Notes: generated from the sequence alone by a model not told the origin. A stretch of DNA of 63,998 nt, filler included, from Octopus bimaculoides (GCF_001194135.2; 7 parts of 7 records of this genome joined end to end with filler, not necessarily neighbours in it), one strand, 5' to 3'. Positions 1 to 13,270 are shown, counted from the first letter of the whole stretch. Translations and numbers: made by a program.

Positions 1-16
1 ACACACATTCTCATTT

Positions 17-36
17 TTATATATATAGATATATAT

Positions 37-79
<43 letters not shown>

Positions 80-272
80 GTATATGTATATGTATGTGTG
101 CGTATATGTTTGTGTGTCTGTGTTTGTCCCCCCGACATCGCTTGACAACCGATGCTGGTGTGTTTACGTCCCCGTAACTTAGCGGTTCGGCAAAAGAAAC
201 AGATAGAATAAGTACTAGGCTTACAAAGAATAAGTCCTGGGGTCGATTTGTTCGACTAAAGGCGGTGCTCCA
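17..272 (+). mobile_element. SINE family A (octopus tRNA-headed SINE with internal (TA)n(TG)n), 3' half
   Basis: (TA)n/(TG)n followed by TTTGTCCCCCC..ACATCGCTTGACAACCGATGCTGGTGTG..CTAAAGGCGGTGCTCCAG, matching the 3' half of complete copies elsewhere in the window. Confidence 0.9.
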
Positions 273-699
273 GAAAAGACAGTAACATACATGCAAATGT
301 CTTTTCCATATATTTGAAACCAATATTTACAAAAGACAGTTGCATTTATGTTAGCATATAAATATTAATGACGTAATGTAAACGGTACTGGTAAATTAAT
401 GTGCTTTACGATACAAATATATATAAATATATGAACCCAGACTGATTCTGATATGAAGAAAGCACACAGAAATTACAGGAAATGTTATCTCCACATCACA
501 AGAAGTACCCTATCAAGTCAAGGTGGGCTTCCCCAACAAATATAAAGTTTGAATGTATGTTATAATCATGTTCGTTCTTGTTACTAAAAGAACAAGAAAC
601 TCGTTGGGTGAGAATTCTGGATAGTGAGGCGATAAGGAAAGAGGCGACGATTATGTGCACGGAACTATGAATAATTTATTTGTTAGTTAATCTGGGGAT

Positions 700-981
700 C
701 TAGTTCGGTTCATTCACAAAATCTGCATTTTTTAAAAGAAAGTAAAAAATCTGAAAATCGGTTATATTGATGCAGTTTTCCACGCTTATTCCTGTGAATA
801 CATGAACTTGTGGAGAAAAAATTTGACAAAAAGTTACAGACGTTTAAAAATCGAGAAACCTTTGTATTTTTAATCAATAGTGAGACAGAAATTGTTGGCG
901 CTCACTACGCACACAACCGAGTACTGTCATCTGTTGGCGCGCTACAGAACTTGTCCGGGAACTTTTTGATACCACCTCATA
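700..981 (-). mobile_element. mariner-like terminal fragment (one TIR)
   Basis: GTCCGGGAACTTTTTGATACCACCTCATA (953-981) resembles a mariner TIR ending in TA; inner boundary approximate; N gap follows. Confidence 0.45.
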
Positions 982-1672
982 CAAATGGGCTGGAATATTT
1001 GCGAGAAAANNNNNNNNNNNNNNNNNNNNNNNNNNNNNNNNNNNNNNNNNNNNNNNNNNNNNNNNNNNNNNNNNNNNNNNNNNNNNNNNNNNNNNNNNNN
1101 NNNNNNNNNNNNNNNNNNNNNNNNNNNNNNNNNNNNNNNNNNNNNNNNNNNNNNNNNNNNNNNNNNNNNNNNNNNNNNNNNNNNNNNNNNNNNNNNNNNN
1201 NNNNNNNNNNNNNNNNNNNNNNNNNNNNNNNNNNNNNNNNNNNNNNNNNNNNNNNNNNNNNNNNNNNNNNNNNNNNNNNNNNNNNNNNNNNNNNNNNNNN
1301 NNNNNNNNNNNNNNNNNNNNNNNNNNNNNNNNNNNNNNNNNNNNNNNNNNNNNNNNNNNNNNNNNNNNNNNNNNNNNNNNNNNNNNNNNNNNNNNNNNNN
1401 NNNNNNNNNNNNNNNNNNNNNNNNNNNNNNNNNNNNNNNNNNNNNNNNNNNNNNNNNNNNNNNNNNNNNNNNNNNNNNNNNNNNNNNNNNNNNNNNNNNN
1501 NNNNNNNNNNNNNNNNNNNNNNNNNNNNNNNNNGAATAAGGAGATAGTGAAGAAGGGAGAGAGAAAATGAGTAAGGATAGTTGCGGAGAAGACCAAGAAG
1601 AAGAAGAAGACAAATGGAGAGGATGAACGAAAAAAAAAATGATCTCAAGTGTTAATATTATCGTAGAGAAAA

Positions 1673-2170
1673 GAGGTGTTCTGTGTGGTAAGAAGTTTAC
1701 TTCCCAACCACATGGTTCCAGTTTCACTTCAACTGCGTGACACGATCTACTATAGCTTCGCTCCAACCAAAGCCTTGTGAGTGGATTTGGTTGACGGAAG
1801 CTGAAAGAAGCCCGTTGTATACATATATATATATATATATATGTGTGTTTGTTTGTGTGTGTGTATGTATGTATGTATGTATGTATGTATGTATGTATGT
1901 ATGTACGTACGTACGTATGTATGTATTCATGCATGCATGTGTGTGTGTGTGTAAGCGTGTGTGTGTGTGTATTTGTTCCTCGCCTTCACCAACTGATAAC
2001 CGGTGGAGGTTTGTTTCCGTCCCCTTAATCTAGCAGTTTGACCAAAGAAACTGATAAAATAAGTAACAGACTTTAAAAAAATAAATAAATACTGGGGACG
2101 ATTTCTCTGACTAGACCGGGCATGGTGGTGTTCCAGCATGGCCGCTGTCTAATGACTGAAACAAGTAAAA
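1673..2170 (+). mobile_element. SINE family A, diverged near-full copy
   Basis: Degenerate A-box head, body CCAAAGCCTTGTGAGTGGATTTGG, internal microsatellite, tail GACTGAAACAAGTAAAA. Confidence 0.85.
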
Positions 2171-3305
2171 TATACGATTATCGTTAGATAATTGAAAAAA
2201 GAGATCATTGATATTTAATAAATAGACAGAGATTTATGTAAAAGTGTATTAATGAATTGACAGTAAACTCGAAGTGTGACGGGTATAATTCATATAAAAG
2301 AAACTCGTAAAAACTTTATTCCTGTAAACAATACGGTCAGTACATTGCTTATATTTTCTTTTGTTTAGTGTCGTTAAATGTTGTATTGATGTATGATAGA
2401 ATGTCAATCTTAATAAATGGAGAAAATTCAAATAAAATACTCGGACAAGGTGAGTGTAATATGTATGTGTACGACTTGACGAAAAACACTTGGTTGGGTT
2501 ATATGAGGCATGTAAATAAAGAAAAATAATATATCTATGTAGTGTTGGAGTAATTTTGAAGGGAAGAGGAGTGGGAAGTGAATTGTATGAATGGACTCCA
2601 GGCTACCAATGAGGGGATTAAAAGTTTACAAAATAATAACAAAAATCTCGTAAATGAATAAGAAAAAAAAATTATTTAAAATATCAGGAATAATGAATGG
2701 AGGTGGATAACAAATCAGTGCGAATGTTTATGTAAGCTGAGAATGGGGTGATTATGTGCAGTTCTGTGACACTAAATAATTATGTGGGAAAATGATATTT
2801 TAAAGAAATATTAATGGGAAAAAGAAAGAATATGAGGAAAATAATATTAAATCATTTTAAAGTCGAAATGAGTTTTCAAAAGTCGTGGAAGAATAGTTTA
2901 AAGAAACTAAGTAAAATATAATTACACAAAATAAAATTAAATTAAAGATTTTAAAACAATTAAAACGATATAGAAATATGTTAAATAAATGTGATATGTT
3001 GAATATATTAGGAGGAAATATAAGTTCAGGTAAAATGCAGTAAAAAGTGATAATAGGGTGGAAGAGGATTAAGTAAATTTGGGTGGGTGAAGTAAATAAT
3101 GAAATTAATTATTTACGATAAAGCCAGGTGAAGACTGGATATTTTTAAGAGTGTGAATATGAAAGTTTTGAAGATGTCAATGTTAGGGAAATTAGTGCTG
3201 ACTTTCAAAAAATGTGTCTGGTGAAATGTACGGAAAGAAGCATAGTTTAGTGTCTATAATAAAACGTTTAATACTATGGTGAGAAAAGTTACTAGATAGT
3301 GTGTG

Positions 3306-3362
3306 GTGGTAAGTAGGTATTAATCTGGTTATTTAATAACCAGATTAATACCTACTTACCAC
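3306..3362. repeat. perfect palindrome, 28-bp arms with 1-nt centre
   Basis: GTGGTAAGTAGGTATTAATCTGGTTATT-T-AATAACCAGATTAATACCTACTTACCAC. Confidence 0.95.
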
Positions 3363-4073
3363 AAAGAGAACTAAGTTCTCTCGCATGCACGTTTATATGA
3401 TGATATTCTTTCACTGTGTTCATTTAAGACACTGTATTATTAAATAGAATAGCTAGACTTTCCTTACTACATAAATCCCAGGGTTTCTTGTTACGAGTTT
3501 AATATTTACGTCTTGAGATTATGCGTCAGTTGAAATTGTAATTCATATTCCATTTTAACTCCGAAAGAAATATAGTAAAAGGTTTCTAAATGTATAGGTG
3601 TGGTAATTGCGGCCTAATTTAAATGGAGTTGCAGTTAATTCTATATATGTGTATAGTGAGTTGAATCTAAGCAATTATAATTTATACTTATATCTTCACT
3701 GTAGATTTGAGCTTGTAAACGTTAGAAATAAAATCTAGTGACGACCTACAGACAGAAAACTTCATACAATGAAACTATTTTCCCTCCCTCGCTATATATT
3801 TCACCATTCCTTCTATTTCATTTGCTTCCCCCCACCTTCTTGTCTCTGATAATTAAAAAAAATGAATATATGTAAAACTAGTATTTATAAACAAGTCTTT
3901 TCTCATCTTAATATCTTATATTTCAATACATTGCATGTACATATGTATGTATGTTTGTCTGAAATGTAAGGTATGTATATATGCATGTATATATANNNNN
4001 NNNNNNNNNNNNNNNNNNNNNNNNNNNNNTATATATATACGTATATATGCATATACTCATTTATTATTTGTTT

Positions 4074-4133
<60 letters not shown>

Positions 4134-4739
4134 CATACATATATATACATATATACACTCGCACATACACGTAGTCACACGTACGCGCGCGAGCACGCAT
4201 AAACGCACACACATACAAATGAATATATGTGTATGTATAAGGGTGTATGTATGCACATACTTATACACATACAGCCAGTCAGCCATACCCTTATGACCCG
4301 CTAATTCTATTGAACGTGGTTAATTGTTTAGTCAATAATTGTTTAGTCAAATATAGAAATATTTGTATAGTGGATTTTTAATTTGAATCGCACATAATCA
4401 AACACATACTTTTCATACACGTACACTACCCTCATACAAGTATGTACACCACCCTCACACCTGCCTACGTAGCGATATACATAATACTGCATCCATAGCA
4501 TCATACATACATACATACATACATACATACATACATACATACATACATACATACATAAGCAGCTACTCAGACAAAGGCATACATGACTAAGGTACCACCA
4601 CCTCCACTGCCTCCTCCGCCGCCGTCGCCGCCGCATCAACCCATACTACCAATCCTTCTCTGACAGTATCCCTCCCACTACCGCCACCACGACAGAAAGC
4701 CTGTCATCGTCACGAACATGTAATCATGTTATTATTTGG

Positions 4740-5580
4740 TTATAGCAAGTGTTGGCGGTGGATGGGAGTAATAATCGTGCTAGTGTTGGCGGTAGTGTTG
4801 GTGGTAACGTTGGAAGGTGTTTGGGTGGTAGTGCTGCCGCTATTGTAGCTGTTACTGTTGGTTAATAGCATTGGTGGTAATAAGTGAGGTTGTATTAAGG
4901 CGGCGAGCTGGCTGAAACGTTAGCGCGCCGGGCGAAATGCTTAGCAGTATTTCGTTTGTCTTTACGTTCTGAGTTCAAATTCCGCCGAGGGCAACTTTGC
5001 CTTTCATTCTTTCGGGGCCGATAAATTAAGTACCAGCTGCGTATTGGGTCAATCTATCAACTTCCCCCCTCCTCAAAATTTCAGGCCTCAAGAATAATTG
5101 AGGTTGTACTAGTGTTGGTGGTATTGATGGTGGTGGTTTTGGTGGTGATAGTGTTGGTGATAGTGTACGTTGCAGTAGTTTAGGTAGTAGTAGTGATGGT
5201 AGCAGTAGTATTAACGACAGCTGTATTTGACGTGATACTGTTGGTGGTTGTAGTAGTGTTGGCGATTGTCTTTGTTGTAGTATTGGTAATAGTGCAGGTA
5301 GTAGTGTTAGTGGTAATGCTAGTTGTAGTTTTGGCGGTGATGTTAGTGATTGTGTAGGATGTAGTGTAGGTGATGGTGTCGGTTGTAGTAATGGTAGCAG
5401 TATTAGTGGTAATTTGGATGATAGTTTTGGTGGTAGTGTTGGTTGTAGTAGTGTTAATGTTAGTAGCATTGTTGGTTGTGTTGATTGTAATGTTGGTATT
5501 GGTGTTGGTGGTAGGGTTGGTGGAAGTACTGGTAATGCCATGGTGGCCATCCTGTTGGTTTAAGACGGAGGAGGTGATAT
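4740..5580. repeat. degenerate (GGT/GTT/GTA)n low-complexity tract
   Basis: Continuous G/T-rich trinucleotide periodicity; interrupted by a SINE at 4898-5098. Confidence 0.85.
4898..5098 (+). mobile_element. SINE family B with 13-bp TSD
   Basis: AGGCGGCGAGCTGG head, B-box GTTCAAATTCC; flanking TGAGGTTGTATTA (4885-4897) and TGAGGTTGTACTA (5099-5111). Confidence 0.85.
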
Positions 5581-6105
5581 AATTACTTAGTTCCTGGTTA
5601 GTCCACGCCCAGAAGATCTGGGTGTGATCTGAAGCATTCTCATTGTGACCATCCTAATTTTTAAGACATCATATTGGACTATATTGTCTAACGTGTCCCG
5701 TTTTTAAGATGGATAGTGGGTGGTTTTACATAGATTTGCTAATTTTTAGCGGATCCAGGACTATGTATAGACTCCCCTGTTATTGAAAATTGAATGGTCG
5801 TACCTGTGCCAGGTGTAGTGTGGTCACTTCATTTAAGTTCTTCAAAATAATTTTTTTTTTAAATGGGCGAGAGGATACAACAGGGCTACAATTGTTTTCA
5901 CACGTTGTATGGCTCACTACTAATCAGAAGTGGAGTAAGATCTTCGCAAACCTTCCTAATGATCTTATTAGAGATTGTAAGGTCTAGTACTTGCAAATTT
6001 TTTGAGCATTTTAGATGTGTGTTTTTTATATATGTAAATACGGTGAATGTAGTTTAGAATGTTGGTAATAAAAGTATTCCAAAGTATTTACTATAAATAT
6101 ATGTA

Positions 6106-6498
6106 GGTGCAGGAGTGGTTGTGTGGTACGTAGCTTGTTTACCAACCACATGGTACCTCCTTTAGTCCCACTGCGTGGCACCTTGGGCAAGTGTCTTTTA
6201 CTATAGCCTCTCGGGCCGACCAAAGCCTTGTGAGTGGATTTGGTAAACGGAAACTGAAAGAAGCCCGTCGTATATATATATATATATATTTATATATGTG
6301 TGCGTGTGTGTTTGTTCTCGCACCATTGCTTGACAATAGATGTTGGTGTGTTCACGTCGCCGTAACTTAGCGGTCCGACAAAAGAGACCGATAGAATAAG
6401 TATTAGGCTTACAAAGAATACGGCCTGGGGTCGATTTGTTCGACTAAAGGCGGGGCTCCAGCATGGCCGTAGTCAAATGATTGAAACAAATAAAAGAA
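6106..6498 (+). mobile_element. SINE family A, full copy
   Basis: Head, body, internal (TA)n(TG)n and tail all present. Confidence 0.9.
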
Positions 6499-7650
6499 TG
6501 TATATACATATTGCCGTATAAAGTTACACTATAGCGTCAAAATACACACTGCTTAGAATAATTTATTGTATTGTTATAACATCTGTTCTTTTGTTGCTGT
6601 TCTCCAGCCTCAGATTATGTCTGATCCAACAAGTCTATGATCAAAGATATTTCAGCTGTAACCATCCAGGCATAGTATATCTAAAGTTACACTATCCACT
6701 TTCTCCTTTCATTTTGAAGATAGCAGGGTGAGATTTGAGGTCGAGACATTCTGTTCTAGATACGCAATGATCGAGAAAAGGATGCGATGGCTTTAACTAG
6801 AACGCCTTTGATCAGAGGTGCTGCGCTCAATGAGTGTTGATCTGGAGCTAAACAACAAATAGGCAGAGCGAGTTGTAGCTTTTATAATGAGTATATGGCA
6901 GCCTGCAGCGTTTACAGGCAATGTTATTGTTGTTGGTGGTGGTGATGATAGTAGCGGTGGTGGTGGTGATGGTGATGGGAACTAAGAAGAATTAATGGTG
7001 TTAACAGTGGACAAAATGTTAAAACAGGCAGTGTGTTAGGTCCAAACTATGAAATAAGAAAAGAAAAGAAAAAAAATAGTAAAGTTCACTGCACGATTTG
7101 CGCATCCTGTTTCCTGACCGTTGTTGGTTCCAGCAGTTATTCTATCCAACTATGCATGTGTTTCTATTACTGATCGAAAATATGATTACCACAGGAAATA
7201 ATAATCATGATTATTGATTACTTTTATTACTGAAGTGTTGAATATGTGACCCGTTATATAATTTTACAAGACAGGAGTGAGAGATTTCACTTGACTGAAG
7301 AAGTAATTAAGAAAGAAATATTCGAAATTTGTAGTTTTATAACATTTTATAAAGCTTTTTTTTTATTTATTTAACATGTAAGAGCGTCCCCAGGATTTTG
7401 TGACCTGAGTAGAGCATCTGAAATTTTGGAGTTGAATTTTTCTAGTGATTTGAATTGAAACTGTGTTGAAACAGAAGCAATTATATCCCCGAGGGGTAAT
7501 TTCAACCATTTAAGACTACTTAAAATTTGTTATGTTCAGAGTTGTATTTGCACTACAAAATTTTTGAAGTCTCATAAAATAACTTTGAATGTAAAGTGAA
7601 TTTCATAGCATTCTGTATTATTAAATGGCTTTTTTGCGATCTAGTTGTCA

Positions 7651-7990
7651 TACTCTTTTACTCTTTTACTTGTTTCAGTCATTTGACTGCGGCCATGCTG
7701 GAGCACCGCCTTTTTAGTCGAGCAAATCGACCCTAGGACTTATTCTTTGTAAGCCTAGTACTTATTCTATCGGTCTCTTTTGCCGAACCGCTAAGTTACG
7801 GGGACGTAAGCACACCAAATTCGGTTGTCAAGTGATGTGGGGGGGGGGGACAAACACAGACACACAAGCATATACACACATATACATACACATATATACG
7901 GCGGGCTTCTTTCAGTTTCCGTCTACCAAATCCACTCACAAGGCTTTGGTCGGCCCGAAGCTATAGTAGAAGACACTTACCCAAGGTGCC
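7651..7990 (-). mobile_element. SINE family A, 5' end lost in gap
   Basis: Reverse complement of tail (TACTCTTTTACTTGTTTCAGTCATTTGACTG), internal microsatellite and body up to the N gap. Confidence 0.9.
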
Positions 7991-8090
7991 NNNNNNNNNN
8001 NNNNNNNNNNNNNNNNNNNNNNNNNNNNNNNNNNTTAATTAATTAANNNNNNNNNNNNNNNNNNNNNNNNNNNNNNNNNNNNNNNNNNNN

Positions 8091-8137
<47 letters not shown>

Positions 8138-8687
8138 GTATGTATATATTACATACATGCATACATGCATACATACATAGATACATCCGTTGAGTGTGTT
8201 TATGTACTTACATAGTCTGTGTTAGAAGCGTATCAAAATATGCACAAAGCTTCAACTATGATGTAGACAATGAAACCTTAAAAGCTTTTCTTGCAGACAA
8301 ATATTCCTACTCGCAAACGAAAATAAGGAAACGAGATTTTCCTTCCCATTTCATTTGCAGCCACAGAATTCTTGTTTCTTTGTCAAGCAGATGGATAAAT
8401 TTAAATTGTTGAAAACAATCAAACATTATTTCTGTTTAATCCTCATCACCCCCATTCAAAAATGCTGAGGTTGGTCAAGAGAGTAAATGTTTTTGTACCT
8501 TTACCCACATGCAGTGTGGATAAGCTTTGTTGAGTGTATATTTTTCTCATTGTATTAAACGATTTATCGTTTGAAATACTCTAATTTTATTGTAGGTACA
8601 ATTTAATTCTTTAAAGACTCTTGTTTAGGAAACGAAAATTTTTAGTTCTTTGTTTTACGATTATTATACAGTAGGAGTTGAGACTGT

Positions 8688-8707
8688 GGAAATTTCACTT
8701 TACGTAA
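8688..8707. promoter_or_regulatory. adjacent kappaB-like and bZIP-like motifs upstream of IL-17-like gene 1
   Basis: GGAAATTTCA (8688-8697, one mismatch to GGRRNNYYCC) next to palindromic TTACGTAA (8700-8707); motif match only. Confidence 0.25.
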
Positions 8708-9102
8708 CTGCTATTAAGTATATTTCGATGAAATCATCATGAAGTTCATGTCATTTTTCAGTACGCTGAATCTTTAGTTTGGGCCTTCGCTTTCATTCCA
8801 TACTGAAGTTTGTTTAAAGCATAACTCTCTTCCTTCTTTCATTCAAGAAGAAATTTAAAGCTGCAGATGAAGCCTTAAATTTACAAATTAGAAGAATGAA
8901 AAATGTTATGTTTGCGTTTTCTCTTTTTGTGTATTGTTAATTGACTGAAAAAATATAGATTCTAATTAACAATATTTGTAAAACAGTTATACCGTCAGAA
9001 TGAAAATAGTTAGCTATTGACATTATCAACGAAACAACCCAAAACAGCATTATCAAGAACTTCAAAACAAATATTTCAGGAAAAAACATTACGATTCCAA
9101 AT

Positions 9103-9114
9103 ATGTTATTTTCA
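9103..9114 (+). CDS. candidate micro first coding exon of IL-17-like gene 1 (MLFS)
   Basis: ATG TTA TTT TCA followed by GTATGA donor in phase 0, completing a signal peptide MLFSVLVFLISNILVVYSA; alternatives exist at 8462-8482 and 9161-9163. Confidence 0.3.
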
Positions 9115-9770
9115 GTATGATTGGAAATATATCTTCTGGTTAAACTGTTTTGGCACCGGCATGGTATCTCCCATCTCCCACCTCATAACTTATACATTAA
9201 TAAGACATCTAATTTCCATAATGTATTGTATTCCTTAAGTACGATTCTATTTTTTTTAAGCGATAGTAGTTATTTCTGTTATGTATAATACAGTTGTGGT
9301 TAAGCTTAACTGTCGTATACATAACAGAAACACCTACTATCCACAGACAATTGTTTACTTACGAATTCACACATACGTCACTTGTCGCACCTACTTAATT
9401 ATTCTTCCTTTTAGTTTCTCATATATTCTTTCTTTTTCGAGTAGAACTCCTCTATCGACTTGCACTTTCAGATCATTGATTTAAGTCATTAATCAACCAA
9501 ATATGCATCACAGCTTTCTCTCTACTAAGAGTATTTGCCCCCACTGTTTAACAGTGAATGCAGTTTTAAGTAATAAATGTATGGGAAAATAACTACTTTG
9601 TATGATTTTGTTATTTATACCTTACTCCACAATTTTTTTTATATTAGATATTTATTATGTGATTTCTCAAAAAAGTGTACGTTATAATTTTTAAGGTTGT
9701 TTCAAATAAATTGAAAATAAGATACGCAACATGACTAAGATGTTTTCTATCTCACCTGTTTTTCTTTCAG

Positions 9771-10286
9771 GTTTTGGTCTTTCTTATCAGTAACATCCTG
9801 GTTGTATATTCGGCATCAATTCCATCCCAATGTAAAATACCAAACAACTTGCAAGTCCAGTACGAGAGTCTGACCAGTGCAGCCATTGGCAATAAGTTTT
9901 TTCTACCAGCTGAAATGGCTCCAGCCGGAAGTAACCAGCCACCACAGATCAAAGGGAATAAAACTTGTCCAATATCTTCTGCATCTACTGATACCATCAA
10001 TGAGCGATCAACCTGTCCTTGGTATCTGAACATTACCCATGATTCAACATTATTCCCTCCGTCACGTGCTGAAGTAGTGTGTCGTTGTAGTGACTGTGTA
10101 GACACGGATAGCAATCACCAGTGTGTGATGGTATATACTAAAATGACTGTCCTCAAACGTACAGGGGAATGTATTGATGGACTATATGTATATAAACCAA
10201 AAGTGATTGATGTAGCCACAGCTTGCGTATGCGCAAGGAAAGTCGATGTTATAACCGAAAAAAATAAGGACGAATACGAGTCGTAA
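9771..10286 (+). CDS. IL17: interleukin-17-like protein, main (second) coding exon, paralogue 1
   Basis: Acceptor TTTTTCTTTCAG|GTT; 171 codons plus TAA; hydrophobic signal remainder; IL-17 motifs ERSTCPW, CRCxxC, MTVLKR, VATACVC; 10 Cys. Confidence 0.93.
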   Translation, partial: VLVFLISNILVVYSASIPSQCKIPNNLQVQYESLTSAAIGNKFFLPAEMAPAGSNQPPQIKGNKTCPISSASTDTINERSTCPWYLNITHDSTLFPPSRAEVVCRCSDCVDTDSNHQCVMVYTKMTVLKRTGECIDGLYVYKPKVIDVATACVCARKVDVITEKNKDEYES

Positions 10287-10486
10287 ATACGACTGACTAC
10301 TAAAACGTTCTCTGCGTGTAACGCAAAAGTTATTCATGATATGAAAGCTTAAGTATACCACCATGTGGTTATTAAAATATTTATACACACAAAAACAAAA
10401 AACACATACTTTTTTATATGTATATCTATATGTACATATGTATGTATGGTATGCATCTGTATATAATATATATATATATATATACA

Positions 10487-10617
10487 TATATTATAAATTA
10501 TATTACATTTTATTATATTTAATATATATATATTATAAATTATATTACATTATTCATATTTAATATATATATATTATAAATTATATTACATTTTATCATA
10601 TTTAATATATATATATA
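10487..10617. repeat. AT-only tandem repeat, about 41-42 bp x3, 3' of IL-17 gene 1
   Basis: TTATAAATTATATTACATT...ATATTTAATATATA recurs at 10491, 10533 and 10574. Confidence 0.85.
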
Positions 10618-11725
10618 CAGAGGGCGGATAGGGAGAGAGAAAGAAAGAAAGTGAGAGAGAAAGGGAGAGAGAGAGAGAAAGTACAGTCAAAGAAATACAT
10701 TTTGCAAACAATTCTATATTTTATAAATTTTCAAGACGAGTATCTATTTATTGTTGTCATTAAGAAATTAAATTATTGAAAGGATTGTTAGCTAAATGAT
10801 AATTTTTATGGCATATTCAAAATATCTAAGACTTCAAATAACTTATTTTTATTATGAGCGTTTTTATACACAAAGACACATAAATACTTAAACAAGCATT
10901 CATTTTCTCAATTAGAATTTATATGTTAATTAAATTACAATATATGTGGGGAAGACAGTATAATGGACTTCAACCCCTGGGGATAATAATGCTTGAATCC
11001 ACTTTAACAACGGATTGTATTTAATAATGTTGGTTGCCTAAATAACAATATATACATGGGCACAAGTTTAGGAACTAGTCGATAAAATTGAGCCCAATAC
11101 TTCGGCCCTTCAAGAATGAAAATCAATGTTGACCAGTGATAGTTGAATTCAGAATTTAAGAACAGTCATTAAATAGAGCAAGGAATTTTTTTCCGGTGTT
11201 TCGTCGTTCTATTAATCCACTGGTTTCTATTGCCTAAAAAATGTTTCTAAGTATTATATATAATTATCACATTCTACTTTTACACTATAGATTTAAAATA
11301 GTGCAGTTAGTGATAGAGTATTGTCTCATGAAATATCTTATAGGAATTACGGACACACACACACACACACACACCTTGAAATATCAGTTTTAATTTTATC
11401 TCTGGGAAAATGGTTTATCCTTCACATATAATTAAATTAAATACGTATTTTTATTCATTAATTACGTAATTTTATGAATAATGATGATTGTATTATTTTC
11501 GTTGAAACAGCTGTAGAAAAGAATTAAATTATAAATTTTGCATCATTACTATTCTGAATACATTAATATGCTGCTCTAAGTAGTCATTACTTATACTAAC
11601 TTATTCCACTTGTAAATTTTGCATTGTAATGATATATTAGAGTTTAACGACTGGCTCATATTGAGTTCTTAAATATATTATGATGCTCAGATCTATAATT
11701 CAATACATGCATACGTACATACATA

Positions 11726-11765
<40 letters not shown>

Positions 11766-11796
11766 TACATACATACATACATAAGAAGAAGAGAAA

Positions 11797-12055
11797 AAAC
11801 CCTTCGGTCAAGAATGACCATGGGATTGCAACTAGAAAGTTCATCCCCGAGGCACAAGTTCGAGCAAAGTTCATGGAAGACCTGCAAACGCCGATACAGC
11901 TTTGCACCAGTGACCTCACAATTCATTTCTACAGCTGAGTGAGCTGGAGCAACATGAAATAAAGTGTCTTGCTCAAGAACACAACGCTCAGCCGGGTCCC
12001 GCAATCAAACTCACTACCTCATGATTGCGAGTCCTACGTTCTAACTACTGAGCCA
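11797..12055 (-). mobile_element. SINE family C
   Basis: Reverse complement matches the copy at 36525-36850 (tRNA-like head, GTGTTCTTGAGCAAGACACTTTATTTCA body, CAATCCCATGGTCATT tail). Confidence 0.8.
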
Positions 12056-13270
12056 ACCAATTCTTTGATATTTATTTCATATATTTTATTTGATATTTAT
12101 TTTATATACAGAGTATCGAAATTTCGATATTGAAATTATTTAAATATATTTTGTATAATTTTTAAAAGATTGTTGGATATAACACGTCTATAATAGGTGA
12201 AAATGTAAGATACATATTAAACTGTATTATACATAAAATTTGCTTTATATTAAAGTCGTATTTTAATAAAAGTATTATGAACACAAAAACTATCTTTGTC
12301 ATTTTTCATTTTATTTCTTTCTTTATTTGTATCATTTGGATAAGTATTCAGGTGTTAAATTTCTCATTCCGGGATTGCTATACCTTGAGTAGATAGAATT
12401 GATTACTTTGTAAATGACTGTCGTTCTGTGATATATCCTGAAGAGCATGGACTGTGATTTTAAAACAAGGACAATTTACACAGTCAAGTTGAGTGGTTGT
12501 TTATTGCACAAAACAATGGTAAGTTCTCTACGTCTAATCTAAGCAAAATTACCCTGTTAGGATATGCATACAGCGGCAAGTTTTAGCGAGAAATTTGTTT
12601 GTTTACGTCTCTGTAACTTAGCGGAATGGCAAAAGACGACACATAAAAATAGGGACCAGTCTTAATAAAGCAGGCACAGGGAGTTATCCATTGAACTAAA
12701 TTTCCTCAATGTAGAGTCCAAATGATTGAAACAAGTAAAAGACAATAAATGATACCCATGACTGTCCAAGTCCATTTGGCATTTTAAAAAATAATTCATT
12801 AAGTGGTGCCCTTACCTTATGTGTATTCGGTAATAATTTACACTTGGTAATAATTTAAGAAGCATAGGAATGCTTGTAGCATTATCACGTTCGTCGGGGG
12901 CGGCATATTTTGTATTGCCATCACCCTTGATGGGTCGGGTCTGCATCCACTTTCGTCGATAACTTGACCTAGGTATTATACATTTTTCTTCTGTCAGTTT
13001 TAGTCTGTATTCACTTACTCACTTAAATATTTTATGTGTTCGACATATTACACTGAGACTCGGTCTTTATCAGAATTTCATTTAGGCAGTCGTTTGAAAT
13101 TGTACAATACACGGTGCGTTTTGATTGTCAGTAGATGTGTGCAATCTTCCTCAAACTGAATTTGAAAGTACGCCCCTGTGAGGTCTAACTTCGAAAAAAA
13201 TTTCCCTCCGTTTAGTTTAGCAAAACTTCTTCTGGGCCTGGAAGTGAGTAATTGTGTATGAGTAAGCATA

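Noticed and set aside
5026-5582. Pro/Thr/Leu-rich 174-aa ORF resembling a mucin
   Set aside because: Lies in a degenerate trinucleotide tract and runs into a SINE; composition is explained by the repeat
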